Below, piece by piece: positions 19,862-28,981 of a stretch of DNA of 64,000 nt. The position numbers and the translations under genes were made by a program. The notes under the pieces were generated by a model that was not told the DNA's origin, did no database searches, and was given only the letters and a program-made list of their open reading frames with translations. Position 1 is the stretch's first letter. Every line of letters starts with the position of its first letter. The DNA comes from an uncultured Eubacteriales bacterium (GTDB taxonomy: Bacteria; Bacillota; Clostridia; Christensenellales; Borkfalkiaceae), in NCBI GenBank assembly GCA_900320065.1, contig ONQV01000003.1, positions 590-64,589 of the forward strand. The letters run 5' to 3'.

Positions 19862-21280
19862 TTAATCGTTTTTCGCACTTAAAAATTCGTCGATGGCTTT
19901 CGCCGCAACTTTTCCCGCACCCATCGCCGAAATTACCGTAGCCGCGCCCGTTACCGCGTCGCCGCCGGCGTAAACGCCCTTTTTCGTCGTAAGTCCGTTT
20001 TCGTTTACTATGATGCAGCCGCGCTCGTTTACTGTAAGCCCTTCCGTCGTGTTCTTTATAAGTGGATTAGGCGAAGTGCCTATCGCCATTATCACCGTAT
20101 CCACTTTAAGTTCGAATTCCGAACCTTCGATGGGAACGGGACGGCGACGACCTTTAGCGTCGGGTTCGCCCAGCGCCATTTTTATGCATTTCATACCCGT
20201 AACGAATCCGTTTTTAGGGTCGCGCGGATCGTCGGGATTTTTATATCCCAAAATCTCCACGGGGGTGCAAAGTATCCTGAACTCTATGCCTTCTTCCTGC
20301 GCGTGTTCCACTTCTTCGCGTCTTGCGGGCAGTTCTTCCATCGAACGCCTGTAAACGATATAAACCTTGTCCGCGCCGAGACGGAGCGCCGTGCGCGCCG
20401 CGTCCATAGCGACGTTGCCGCCGCCGCATACCGCCACCTTACCGCCTTTCATAATAGGCGTGTCGGGGGCTTCGCGGTACGCCTTCATAAGATTACTGCG
20501 GGTTAAAAACTCGTTTGCGGAATACACGCCTTTAAGCGATTCGCCCTTTATATTCATAAAGTTAGGAAGTCCCGCGCCCGAACCGATAAACACCGCTTCG
20601 TAGCCATTTTCAAACAGTTCGTCCACGGTAAGTGTTTTACCGATAACTACGTTGGTTTCAAAATCCACGCCGAGCGCTTTAAGCCCTTCGACTTCTCTCT
20701 CCACTATGCTTTTCGGGAGTCTGAATTCGGGTATGCCGTACACGAGCACGCCGCCCGCCGTATGCAACGCTTCAAAAACGGAGACCCGATACCCCTTTTT
20801 CGCAAGGTCGCCCGCGCAAGTAAGTCCCGAAGGACCGGAGCCTACGACCGCGACTTTACGCCCGTTATCTACGGGTTTTATAACGTCCCCCGCCGCCGCG
20901 TTTTTATTGTGATAGTCGGCGACGAAACGTTCTAACCTTCCTATTCCCACGGGCTCGAATTTGATGCCGAGCGTACACCTTTGTTCGCACTGCGTTTCCT
21001 GCGGACAAACCCTGCCGCACACCGCGGGAAGAGAAGACGTTTTGTTTATTATTTTATATGCGCCTTCGAAATCGCCCGTTTTTACGAGCGCGATAAAGTC
21101 GGGAATATTGACGTTCACGGGACAGCCCGCCACGCAAGGACGGTTTTTGCAGTTTAAACAGCGCTTTGCTTCTTCGACGGCGACTTCCGCGGAATAACCC
21201 AAAGCCACTTCGTCGAAATTGTGGGCGCGAATTTCAGGCGCCTGCGTCGGCATTTCATGCTTTTTAGCGATTATTGTCAT
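19862..21280 (-). CDS. nfnB: NfnB / GltD-family NADPH-dependent FAD-FeS oxidoreductase
   Basis: Start moved to MTIIAKK (GGGGG SD, 15 nt after the nfnA stop). Contains 2 Cys clusters plus VAVVGSGPSG and GGGNVAMD Rossmann motifs. Confidence 0.8.
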   Translation of the reverse strand: MTIIAKKHEMPTQAPEIRAHNFDEVALGYSAEVAVEEAKRCLNCKNRPCVAGCPVNVNIPDFIALVKTGDFEGAYKIINKTSSLPAVCGRVCPQETQCEQRCTLGIKFEPVGIGRLERFVADYHNKNAAAGDVIKPVDNGRKVAVVGSGPSGLTCAGDLAKKGYRVSVFEALHTAGGVLVYGIPEFRLPKSIVEREVEGLKALGVDFETNVVIGKTLTVDELFENGYEAVFIGSGAGLPNFMNIKGESLKGVYSANEFLTRSNLMKAYREAPDTPIMKGGKVAVCGGGNVAMDAARTALRLGADKVYIVYRRSMEELPARREEVEHAQEEGIEFRILCTPVEILGYKNPDDPRDPKNGFVTGMKCIKMALGEPDAKGRRRPVPIEGSEFELKVDTVIMAIGTSPNPLIKNTTEGLTVNERGCIIVNENGLTTKKGVYAGGDAVTGAATVISAMGAGKVAAKAIDEFLSAKND

Positions 21281-21294
21281 TTTTTTCGCCCCCC

Positions 21295-22143
21295 TTAAAC
21301 GGTTTTGAAAAGATTGCACGCTTTATCGCGCGCTTTTCTTTCAAAATCGGAATAAATCGTGTTTCTCGACATCGCTTCGTCGAAATCTATCTCGTAACCG
21401 TTGAAATCGGGTCCGTCCACGCACGCGAATTTGGTTATGCGTTCTCCGTTACGGTTAAGCGTAAGCCGACAACCCCCGCACATACCCGTGCCGTCTATCA
21501 TAATGGGATTCATAGATACCGTGCAGGGAATATTGAATTCTTTTGCGGTAAGAACCACGAATTTCATCATAATTAAAGGACCTATCGTGATTATCATATC
21601 GAATTTTTCGCCCGCCCCCAGCATTTCTTTCAAAGGAACGGTAACGTTGCCGTGCCGCCCGTAAGACCCGTCGTCGGTCATGACGACAAGTTTATCGGAA
21701 CAAGCCTTAAACTCGTCTTCCAAAATAACTATGTCTTTATTTCTGAACCCTATTATACTCGTTACTTCCACACCCAAGCGATGGAATTCCTGCGCTACGG
21801 GCATAGCGATAGCGCAACCGACGCCGCCACCCACTATGCACACTTTTTTAATACCTTCCGTTTCCGTCGCCTTTCCCAAAGGTCCGACGAAGTCCTGTAT
21901 ATATTCGCCCGAATTTTTCGCGTTAAGTTTCATAGTAGTCGCGCCGACTATCTGGAAAATAATTTTGACCGCGCCCGTTTGCCTGTCTGCGCCCGCAATC
22001 GTCAGGGGTATTCTTTCCCCGTCCTTATCTACGCGAAGGATAATGAATTGCCCCGCTTTTGCCTTGTTCGCGACGAGCGGCGCTTCTATCTCCATTTGCG
22101 TAACGGAAGCGTTAAGCGATTTTTTTGTTAAGATTTTATACAT
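21295..22143 (-). CDS. nfnA: NfnA / sulfide-dehydrogenase gamma-like FAD/NAD(P) + [2Fe-2S] subunit
   Basis: 282 aa. PyrK-like ferredoxin-reductase fold with a C-terminal CGGC...C cluster. Paired with nfnB. Confidence 0.75.
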   Translation of the reverse strand: MYKILTKKSLNASVTQMEIEAPLVANKAKAGQFIILRVDKDGERIPLTIAGADRQTGAVKIIFQIVGATTMKLNAKNSGEYIQDFVGPLGKATETEGIKKVCIVGGGVGCAIAMPVAQEFHRLGVEVTSIIGFRNKDIVILEDEFKACSDKLVVMTDDGSYGRHGNVTVPLKEMLGAGEKFDMIITIGPLIMMKFVVLTAKEFNIPCTVSMNPIMIDGTGMCGGCRLTLNRNGERITKFACVDGPDFNGYEIDFDEAMSRNTIYSDFERKARDKACNLFKTV

Positions 22144-22173
22144 GGATCTCTCCTTTAAGTATGAGTCTTTTTA

Positions 22174-22202
22174 ATTTTAACACTTTTAATATGTTTTGTA
22201 AA
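22174..22202 (-). promoter_or_regulatory. nfnA-nfnB-fumC promoter
   Basis: Minus strand TTTACA-17 nt-TAAAAT with TGT. Confidence 0.55.
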
Positions 22203-22220
22203 TGCATTTTGATTATAAAC

Positions 22221-22252
22221 CTGCTCGGCGCGGCAAAAGCCGCGCCGAGCAG
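22221..22252 (-). terminator. Terminator after the nucleoside ABC operon
   Basis: CTGCTCGGCGCGGC-AAAA-GCCGCGCCGAGCAG, a 14-bp stem. The U-tract is weak. Confidence 0.65.
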
Positions 22253-22290
22253 AATAAACTTTTCACCCAATTTTTAATTTTGAGTTATAA

Positions 22291-23250
22291 CTATCTGTCT
22301 TCACGGAAATAGTTAAGTCCGAGCGCCGCTGGCGGCTGAACGTTCTTACTGCCGAATATGCTCGTAAATATCAAAACGATAATGGTTACCACATACGGGA
22401 GCAACAATATTATTTCTTGAGTTGCTAACGAACTAATAACGGTAGTCATTTTACTACCCACAACGTATAAACCGCCAAACAGAATAGAACCTATAATACT
22501 TAAATCAGGTCTCCACATAGTAAAAATGACCAAAGCCACAGCAAGCCAACCAAAAGTTTGTATTGTTAGCGTATTATCAAACGTTGTATATCCTGCGACG
22601 TAATAAAGCCCGCCCAATCCCGCTATTCCGCTACCTATAAATATAGCAAAATATTTATAAGCGGTAACATTAATCCCGACCGCATCGGCAGTCGCGGGAT
22701 TTTCTCCGACCGCTCTCAATCTTAATCCTATTTTGGTTCTTTTTAGTATAAATGCCGCTGCCACTGCAAGCAAAATAGCAAGATATGCCAAAAATCCATA
22801 GGAGATGTTTGTAGGTCCTAAATTTGAAGTAAAAGAAAAACCTTGACTTATTATTTTCCTCGCTCTTGCGATATAAGTAGTGTCTACAAATTTATCAATA
22901 AAAAACTGAGAAAATCCTGCACCAAAAGTGGTTATAGCAAGTCCAACCACGTTTTGATTGGATTTAAGTGACACGGTGAGAAAAGCATATATCAAACCAC
23001 CGAAAGCCGCAAATAAAAATGCGCATATCAACGGAATAAACACAAGAGAAAGCCAAGAAGCATTTTTTACATTTGCCAAAGAGTTCATATAAACGGAAAT
23101 GCCGAGCATTCCGCCCGCTGTTCCCATACACATAATTCCCGGAATACCTAAGTTAAGGTGTCCGGATTTTTCCGTTATAATTTCTCCTACTGAACCGTAT
23201 AAAAACACGATACCTATGCTTATCGCTCCTAAAATAATATCCAACGCCAT
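22291..23250 (-). CDS. Nucleoside (BMP-type) ABC transporter permease
   Basis: 319 aa, multi-TM, BPD_transp_2-like. Last gene of the xpt-bmp operon. Confidence 0.8.
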   Translation of the reverse strand: MALDIILGAISIGIVFLYGSVGEIITEKSGHLNLGIPGIMCMGTAGGMLGISVYMNSLANVKNASWLSLVFIPLICAFLFAAFGGLIYAFLTVSLKSNQNVVGLAITTFGAGFSQFFIDKFVDTTYIARARKIISQGFSFTSNLGPTNISYGFLAYLAILLAVAAAFILKRTKIGLRLRAVGENPATADAVGINVTAYKYFAIFIGSGIAGLGGLYYVAGYTTFDNTLTIQTFGWLAVALVIFTMWRPDLSIIGSILFGGLYVVGSKMTTVISSLATQEIILLLPYVVTIIVLIFTSIFGSKNVQPPAALGLNYFREDR

Positions 23251-23254
23251 TTTA

Positions 23255-24370
23255 TCACATCTCCCTTAACGCATTTTTGTTTTTTCTGTTAAATATGACC
23301 TGATATGATATGAAAAATTCGCAGGCTATAACAAATAAATACATTATCCCGATTATCATATTTGCCACCGTATCTTCCGTTATTCCTAACGTCGCCTTAA
23401 CAAAAGGCATACCGTTGTTTATAAATATAATGCCGAAAGAAGCACCTATTGTCGCGATAGGATCGTTATGAGCAATCCATACGGCGATTATCGCGGTAAA
23501 CGCCGTAAAGCCTGTTTTTGCCAGAGTTTCTTCTGTCACTATCGTATGTTCTGAAGCTCCTACAAACAAAAATCCGACAAATCCGCATATTGCCCCTGAA
23601 AGAATAAGCGTTCTTATAATAACTTTTCTTACATTGATACCAACATATTTCGCTGTGTTTTCACTTTCGCCCACCACTGCGATTTCGTAGCCGTGTTTAC
23701 TTTTTTTCATATATAATGTCATAATGACCGTAAGCAACGCGACCGATAATATTATGAGAAAAGAATCGTGAAACAAAACCGGCAGTTGAGCGGTTTCTAT
23801 AACACCGATAGAGCCCGTAGTCCCTTTACCGCCTATCTTTTTTATAGCAAAAGCAACAATCCCTGCCGCAATATAATTCATCATAAGCGTAAACAATGTC
23901 TCGTTGGTCTTAAAAAATGCCTTAAATATTGCCGGAATTGCTGACCATATCATTCCTGCCGCCACCGCGCTTACAAGCATAAAAAGCCAAACCACTACAT
24001 CGGGTAAAATTCCGCCAAGATATTTCATACAACAAACTGTCGCAATGCCCCCCATAAGAATCTGACCGTTGCCGCCAAGATTCCAGAACTTCATCTTGAA
24101 CGCAGGAATAAGCGCTAATCCTATCGCTAATAAAAAAGCTGTATTTCTTAACAGGTTCCACACGGAATCCATCGACTTAAAATTGCCGTAAACAAGCCGC
24201 CATAAAAACTCAACAGGACTTTTTCCGTAAACGACCAAACAAATCAAACTCCCCGTTATCAAGCCGCCAAAAACCGCTATCACTCTCGCCCAAACCTGTC
24301 TTTTTAAAGCAACTGTTCCGCGACGTGCAACATGAAATAAAGGTTCTCGTACATTCTTTGCTTCATTCAC
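23255..24370 (-). CDS. Nucleoside (BMP-type) ABC transporter permease
   Basis: 371 aa, multi-TM. Its start overlaps the ATPase stop. Confidence 0.8.
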   Translation of the reverse strand: MNEAKNVREPLFHVARRGTVALKRQVWARVIAVFGGLITGSLICLVVYGKSPVEFLWRLVYGNFKSMDSVWNLLRNTAFLLAIGLALIPAFKMKFWNLGGNGQILMGGIATVCCMKYLGGILPDVVVWLFMLVSAVAAGMIWSAIPAIFKAFFKTNETLFTLMMNYIAAGIVAFAIKKIGGKGTTGSIGVIETAQLPVLFHDSFLIILSVALLTVIMTLYMKKSKHGYEIAVVGESENTAKYVGINVRKVIIRTLILSGAICGFVGFLFVGASEHTIVTEETLAKTGFTAFTAIIAVWIAHNDPIATIGASFGIIFINNGMPFVKATLGITEDTVANMIIGIMYLFVIACEFFISYQVIFNRKNKNALREM

Positions 24371-25976
24371 CGTCGTTTCCCTCCTTTCTTTCTTGTTCCT
24401 TCCATTCTTCTTCGGTTAAATTACTGTCTTTCGCTATGCCGTAGTTTTTATCTTTCTTTTCTTCGGTAAGGTCAAGTGAACCCGTCATCATAAGTCCCAA
24501 CTCTTCCTTCGTCGTCTTTTCGGCGTGAACGATACCCATTATCTTGCCGTGACAGATAACCATTATCTTGTCGCAAAGGGCAAGCATAACGTCAAGGTCT
24601 TCGCCTATAAACAGAATACCCGTGCCTTTTTTCTTTTGTTCGTTGAGTATGTCGTAAATTACATAAGAAGAATTTATATCCAAGCCCCTTACGGGATAAG
24701 CGGTAATTATGACGTTAGGCCCCGCTTCTATCTCCCTGCCGACCAAAACCTTCTGCACGTTACCGCCCGACAATTTTCTTACGGAAGTTTCGGTGGACGG
24801 GGTTACGATTTCCAACTTTCCGATAAGCGATTTTGCCCGCTCTCTTGCGGATTTTCTGTCCACGAAAGGTCCTTTGCCGTCCCCGTACGTTTTAAGCATC
24901 ATATTGTCGGTAATGGAAAAGGACGGGCAAAGCCCCATACCCAAACGGTCTTCGGGGATAAAACTCATAGAAACGCCTTTCGCGATTATCTCTTTCGGAG
25001 GAAGTCCTATAAGGTTTTCTCCTTTATGCATAATAAGCCCACTCTCTATCTTGCGAAGTCCCGCGATTGCTTCGCAAAGTTCTTTCTGTCCGCAACCCGC
25101 AATCCCCGCAACGCCCAAAATCTCGCCGCCGCGGATATAGAAACTCGCGTCCTTAACTGCCAAACTTCCGTTGTCAGACGTTATGCAAAGATTCCGGATT
25201 TCCAAAAGCGGTTTGTCGAAGTCGGTCTTTACTCTTTCGATTTTAAGGTCTATCTTTTGCCCCACCATCATTTCGGTAAGTTCTTTTTGCGTTGTCTTTT
25301 TGGTTTCCACCGTGCCGATATATTCGCCCTTTCTTAAAATTGAAACGCGGTCGGAAATAGCGAGCACCTCGTTGAGTTTGTGAGTTATTATGATTATCGA
25401 CTTACCGTCTTCGCGCATTTTGCGAAGGATAGCGAAGAGTTTTTCTATCTCCTGCGGAGTTAAAACCGCCGTCGGTTCATCGAGAATAAGGATATCCGCG
25501 CCGCGGTACAGGACTTTTATTATTTCGACCGTCTGTTTTTCGGACACGGACATATTATAAATTTTCTTTTTCGGATCTATATCGAAACCATAGCGCTCCG
25601 CAATTTCGCGCACACGGGTATTTACGTCTTTAATGTTAAAGTGTTTACCTTCGTTTACGCCTAAAACTATGTTTTCGGCGGCGGTAAACACGTCCACCAA
25701 CTTGAAGTGCTGGTGAATCATACCTATTTTATAGTTAAACGCGTCTTTCGGGGAACGGATGACGGCTTCTTCCCCGTTAATAAAAATCTGACCTTCATCA
25801 GGAGCGTAAATCCCTGATATTATATTCATAAGCGTAGTTTTACCACTACCGTTTTCCCCTAAAAGCGACAAAATCTCGCCCTTATAAAGGGTAAGATTTA
25901 CGTTTTTATTTGCCATAACTTTTCCAGGGAAGTACTTGCAAATGTTTTTAAGTTCTATGGCAATGGATTTTTCCAT
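24363..25976 (-). CDS. Nucleoside/sugar-type ABC ATPase with duplicated NBD
   Basis: 537 aa. Walker A GENGSGKTT, signature MSVSEKQ/LSGGNVQ, two NBDs, and an acidic C-terminal tail. Confidence 0.88.
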   Translation of the reverse strand: MEKSIAIELKNICKYFPGKVMANKNVNLTLYKGEILSLLGENGSGKTTLMNIISGIYAPDEGQIFINGEEAVIRSPKDAFNYKIGMIHQHFKLVDVFTAAENIVLGVNEGKHFNIKDVNTRVREIAERYGFDIDPKKKIYNMSVSEKQTVEIIKVLYRGADILILDEPTAVLTPQEIEKLFAILRKMREDGKSIIIITHKLNEVLAISDRVSILRKGEYIGTVETKKTTQKELTEMMVGQKIDLKIERVKTDFDKPLLEIRNLCITSDNGSLAVKDASFYIRGGEILGVAGIAGCGQKELCEAIAGLRKIESGLIMHKGENLIGLPPKEIIAKGVSMSFIPEDRLGMGLCPSFSITDNMMLKTYGDGKGPFVDRKSARERAKSLIGKLEIVTPSTETSVRKLSGGNVQKVLVGREIEAGPNVIITAYPVRGLDINSSYVIYDILNEQKKKGTGILFIGEDLDVMLALCDKIMVICHGKIMGIVHAEKTTKEELGLMMTGSLDLTEEKKDKNYGIAKDSNLTEEEWKEQERKEGNDGE

Positions 25977-26055
25977 TTAGCCACCTCCATGTGTGTTTCA
26001 TAAACGATTTTGGGCGGAGAAACTCCCCGCCCAGAATCGTTTATAGAAATTAAAA

Positions 26056-27369
26056 TTAATACGCTACGTTAAGATAAGTAATTCCGTCTATTTTAATATC
26101 AAAGTAGGGAGCGGAACGTAATTCGCTTTCTGCAAAATATGTTATACCGCCTTCGGTTTTTATAACTTCGGTATCAGGCGTAAAATCCGCATCGGTATTA
26201 ACGTCTGCAAGATAAGTAGTAAGGTGTTCACCGTTTACCGTAAATTTAGAACAATCGAATATTCTGATGGTCTTATCCATTATTGATTTTCTTACCTGAA
26301 CCAATTTTTCAACCGTGCCTTCAGCCATAACATCACCGTTTATAGCCGTTAAAGCAACCATGCAACCATCGTCTATAGTCCCGGCAAAATCAGTCGGAAC
26401 AGCTTCGGCATCACCGCCCACGGAAGCGATTATCCATTTAAAATAATAAGTCCAATCGATCTTGGAAGAAATTATAAACGTATCGGGACAAGCGTTGATT
26501 GTGCTACCGTTATAGGAAACGTTCGGAACTCCTGCAGTTTCGCAAGCATTGGGCGCACCCATACTATCAGCATGCTGAGAAATAAGTGCGCAACCTCTGG
26601 AAATAAGCATTTCCGCTGCGGATTTTTCACGAACTTCGTCATACCAAGAACCCGTAAACTGTACATCCATAACAACGTTGGGATATTCGGATTTAACGCC
26701 TAAATACCAAGAAGTAAATCCGGAAATAACTTCTGCATAAGTCCAAGCACCTACATAACCGATTTTAACGTTTCCGTTTTCGTCTTTGTTGGTGTCTTTA
26801 ATCAAACCGTTTTGATCCATCTCTTTAAGTTTTAAACCGGCCGCTACACCTGCAAGATATCTGCCCTCATAGATGGAAGCAAACGCGTTGTGGAAATTAG
26901 AAACGCCTTCAGTATGTGCTTTGGTACCAGTTGCGTGGAAGAATTGAACGGTGGGATTCGCTTTCGCCGCTTTTATCATAAAATCTTCGTGTCCGAAAGA
27001 ATCCGCAAAGATCGCTTTACAACCAAGCCCCACAAGTTCGTTCGCTTTCGTTTCACATTCACTACCTTCGGGAATGCCGGTATAAATGATAAGTTGATCG
27101 TTGGAAAGTTTCAATGCTTTCGCCGCAGTCTCTACAGCGTCGATAAAGTTCTTATCGTAAGTAGAATTCTTGTCGTGCAAACAAATTACTCCGATTTTGA
27201 AATCACTTGCAATTTCAACATTATCGAACTGATTTACGTTCTGACTTGTAACCGCAGGAATCTGGACTTCGCCGACGGTTTTGTCGTCCCCGCCACCGCA
27301 AGCGGTAAGACCGAAACAGCAAGCCACCGCCATTATAGCGGCAACTATAAGTGTGATAAGTTTCTTCAT
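26056..27369 (-). CDS. BMP-family (basic membrane protein) substrate-binding lipoprotein
   Basis: 437 aa. Lipobox LTAC-GGG. It has a BMP/PnrA-like core and is longer than I would expect for this family. Confidence 0.75.
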   Translation of the reverse strand: MKKLITLIVAAIMAVACCFGLTACGGGDDKTVGEVQIPAVTSQNVNQFDNVEIASDFKIGVICLHDKNSTYDKNFIDAVETAAKALKLSNDQLIIYTGIPEGSECETKANELVGLGCKAIFADSFGHEDFMIKAAKANPTVQFFHATGTKAHTEGVSNFHNAFASIYEGRYLAGVAAGLKLKEMDQNGLIKDTNKDENGNVKIGYVGAWTYAEVISGFTSWYLGVKSEYPNVVMDVQFTGSWYDEVREKSAAEMLISRGCALISQHADSMGAPNACETAGVPNVSYNGSTINACPDTFIISSKIDWTYYFKWIIASVGGDAEAVPTDFAGTIDDGCMVALTAINGDVMAEGTVEKLVQVRKSIMDKTIRIFDCSKFTVNGEHLTTYLADVNTDADFTPDTEVIKTEGGITYFAESELRSAPYFDIKIDGITYLNVAY

Positions 27370-27433
27370 ATAAAAACCTCCTGACCCTTTCGGGTTTAAT
27401 TTTTGCTTTTGTTGACTTTAAGCGGGTTGTTCG

Positions 27434-28006
27434 CTATTTTCTGAAAACGACTCGTCCGTTTTCCATACTGTCGATTACGACGAGAGAATAAAGGTTCACT
27501 CCCTTTTCGCGCAGTTCGTCGCCGCCGCCCTGAAATCCCTTTTCTATCGCAATAGCAACGCCCGCAAGGCTTGCGCCCGACTGCTTTACTATATCTATAA
27601 GAGCGTTCGCCGCCGCGCCGTGAGCGAGAAAGTCGTCGACGATAAGCACCGTGTCGTTTTTATCTAAATATTCCTTGGGAACTATAAGGGTATTTTCGTC
27701 TTTATGGGTAAAGGAAAAACATTTTGCGGAAAAGAATTCGCCGTCGAGATTAGCGGTCTTGTTTTTTTTGGCGAACACGGCGTTGCAATTAAAAAACTGC
27801 GCCGTAATCACCGCAATCGCTATCCCCGATGCTTCCACCGTCAGAATTTTGGTTACGCCGCAGTCTTTAAATTTTTCATAAATATCCTTTCCCATAGCGG
27901 AAATAAGGTTTACGTCTATCTGGTTATTGAGAAAAGCCCCGACTTTAAGCACTCCGCCCGAAAGTACCTTCCCCTTTTCCGTAATAGCGCGTTCCAGAAT
28001 TTCCAT
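27434..28006 (-). CDS. xpt: Xanthine phosphoribosyltransferase
   Basis: 190 aa. Xpt-type N-terminus (ITEKGKVLSGGVLKVGAFLNNQID) and PRPP loop VLIVDDFLAHG. Confidence 0.92.
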   Translation of the reverse strand: MEILERAITEKGKVLSGGVLKVGAFLNNQIDVNLISAMGKDIYEKFKDCGVTKILTVEASGIAIAVITAQFFNCNAVFAKKNKTANLDGEFFSAKCFSFTHKDENTLIVPKEYLDKNDTVLIVDDFLAHGAAANALIDIVKQSGASLAGVAIAIEKGFQGGGDELREKGVNLYSLVVIDSMENGRVVFRK

Positions 28007-28080
28007 TATTCTTATCTTCCCGCAAAAAAGAAAAATCTCTTTAAAAATCGAATAACAGGCTAAAAAACAGCCCGTTACCG

Positions 28081-28109
28081 ATAAAATCCGAAAACCGCTT
28101 TAAAGCGGT
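28081..28109 (-). terminator. Candidate expression-platform terminator of the guanine riboswitch
   Basis: Minus strand ACCGCTTTAAAGCGGT followed by TTTCGGATTTTAT, immediately 3' of the aptamer P1. Confidence 0.5.
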
Positions 28110-28118
28110 AATGCTTGT

Positions 28119-28187
28119 CCAATAGTCGCGCTTTTATGGCTGCGCGGTAGAAACGTTCGTGCCGTAATTAACGAACTTATATCGGCA
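28119..28187 (-). promoter_or_regulatory. Purine riboswitch aptamer, guanine/hypoxanthine-specific (C74)
   Basis: Minus strand P1 CCGAUA/UAUUGG; J1/2 UAAGU; P2 UUCGU..ACGAA; J2/3 GUUUCUACC; P3 GCGC-AGCCAUAAAA-GCGC; J3/1 GACUAU with C at the specificity position. Confidence 0.88.
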
Positions 28188-28207
28188 AATATTCAACTTA
28201 CGATAAA

Positions 28208-28236
28208 ATTATACCAAATCAATTTAAATCCGTCAA
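28208..28236 (-). promoter_or_regulatory. xpt operon promoter
   Basis: Minus strand TTGACG-17 nt-TATAAT. Confidence 0.7.
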
Positions 28237-28265
28237 TCTTTTTGCGCCCCGTTTCGCCGCTTTTT

Positions 28266-28847
28266 TTAATTGCGTTTAAGTAAATCCCACTTTACGCCGA
28301 CGGGCGAATCGTTTTCTATATAATCTATCACTTCGTCGTGCGTGTTAAGCACTTTATAAAGCAACCTGCATTCTTTGTTTACGAATTTTATGTCGATAAT
28401 GCCGTCTATGAATTTCTGAATACCGTCGAAATACCCGTAACAGTTATACACCGCTATCGGCTTTTTATGTCTGCCTAACTGCTTTAACGTAAGCACTTCG
28501 AAAAACTCTTCGAAAGTCCCTATGCCGCCGGGCGTTACGACGAACGCTTCCGCCTCGTCTTCCATTATCCGCTTGCGCTCCGCCATCGTTTCGGTCAAAG
28601 TAAACTCGTCAAGCCCTTGGAAAACGGCTTCGTAGCCGCTGTCGATAAAAAAACGCGGGATAACGCCGTGCAGTCTCGCGCCGCTTTCCTTAAACCCTTG
28701 CGCCGCCGCGCCCATAAGCCCTTCGCCGCCCGCGCCGAACACCAAATTGTGCCCGCGCGCGCCGAGTTTTCTGGCGAGTTCCCGACAGTCGTCTATATAT
28801 TTTTTATCTATTCTGTTGCTTGCCGCGCCGAATACGCATATTCTCAT
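28266..28847 (-). CDS. LOG-family (TIGR00730-like) nucleotide 5'-monophosphate phosphoribohydrolase
   Basis: 193 aa. GGGxxGLMG-like motif (GAGGEGLMGAAA) and PGGIGTFEEFFE. Confidence 0.8.
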   Translation of the reverse strand: MRICVFGAASNRIDKKYIDDCRELARKLGARGHNLVFGAGGEGLMGAAAQGFKESGARLHGVIPRFFIDSGYEAVFQGLDEFTLTETMAERKRIMEDEAEAFVVTPGGIGTFEEFFEVLTLKQLGRHKKPIAVYNCYGYFDGIQKFIDGIIDIKFVNKECRLLYKVLNTHDEVIDYIENDSPVGVKWDLLKRN

Positions 28848-28942
28848 ATTTTACTCCTTATCATAGCCCGTATTTTTTGTTTATGATTATACTATACAAT
28901 TACTTTTATTGTCAACTTTTACGGCTTTTATCCTTTTTTAGA

Positions 28943-28971
28943 TTGCAAACCTTTTTAATCGGTGCTAAAAT
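28943..28971 (+). promoter_or_regulatory. Promoter abutting the permease ATG (near-leaderless)
   Basis: TTGCAA-17 nt-TAAAAT with TGC. The -10 ends 10 nt before ATG 28982, with no SD. Confidence 0.55.
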
Positions 28972-28981
28972 ATCTCTTGTT

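Noticed and set aside
21281-21319. 13-codon N-terminal extension of nfnB in the ORF track
   Set aside because: It overlaps the 3' end of nfnA. The internal ATG at 21280 has a GGGGG SD and normal operon spacing.
24525-25337. 270-aa plus-strand ORF
   Set aside because: It is fully antisense to the tandem-NBD ABC ATPase, whose Walker and signature motifs are unambiguous. It has no SD or promoter.
28820-28981. Long N-terminal extension of the permease ORF
   Set aside because: It overlaps the divergent LOG gene and both promoters. The hydrophobic core starts at Met 28982, directly behind a consensus promoter.
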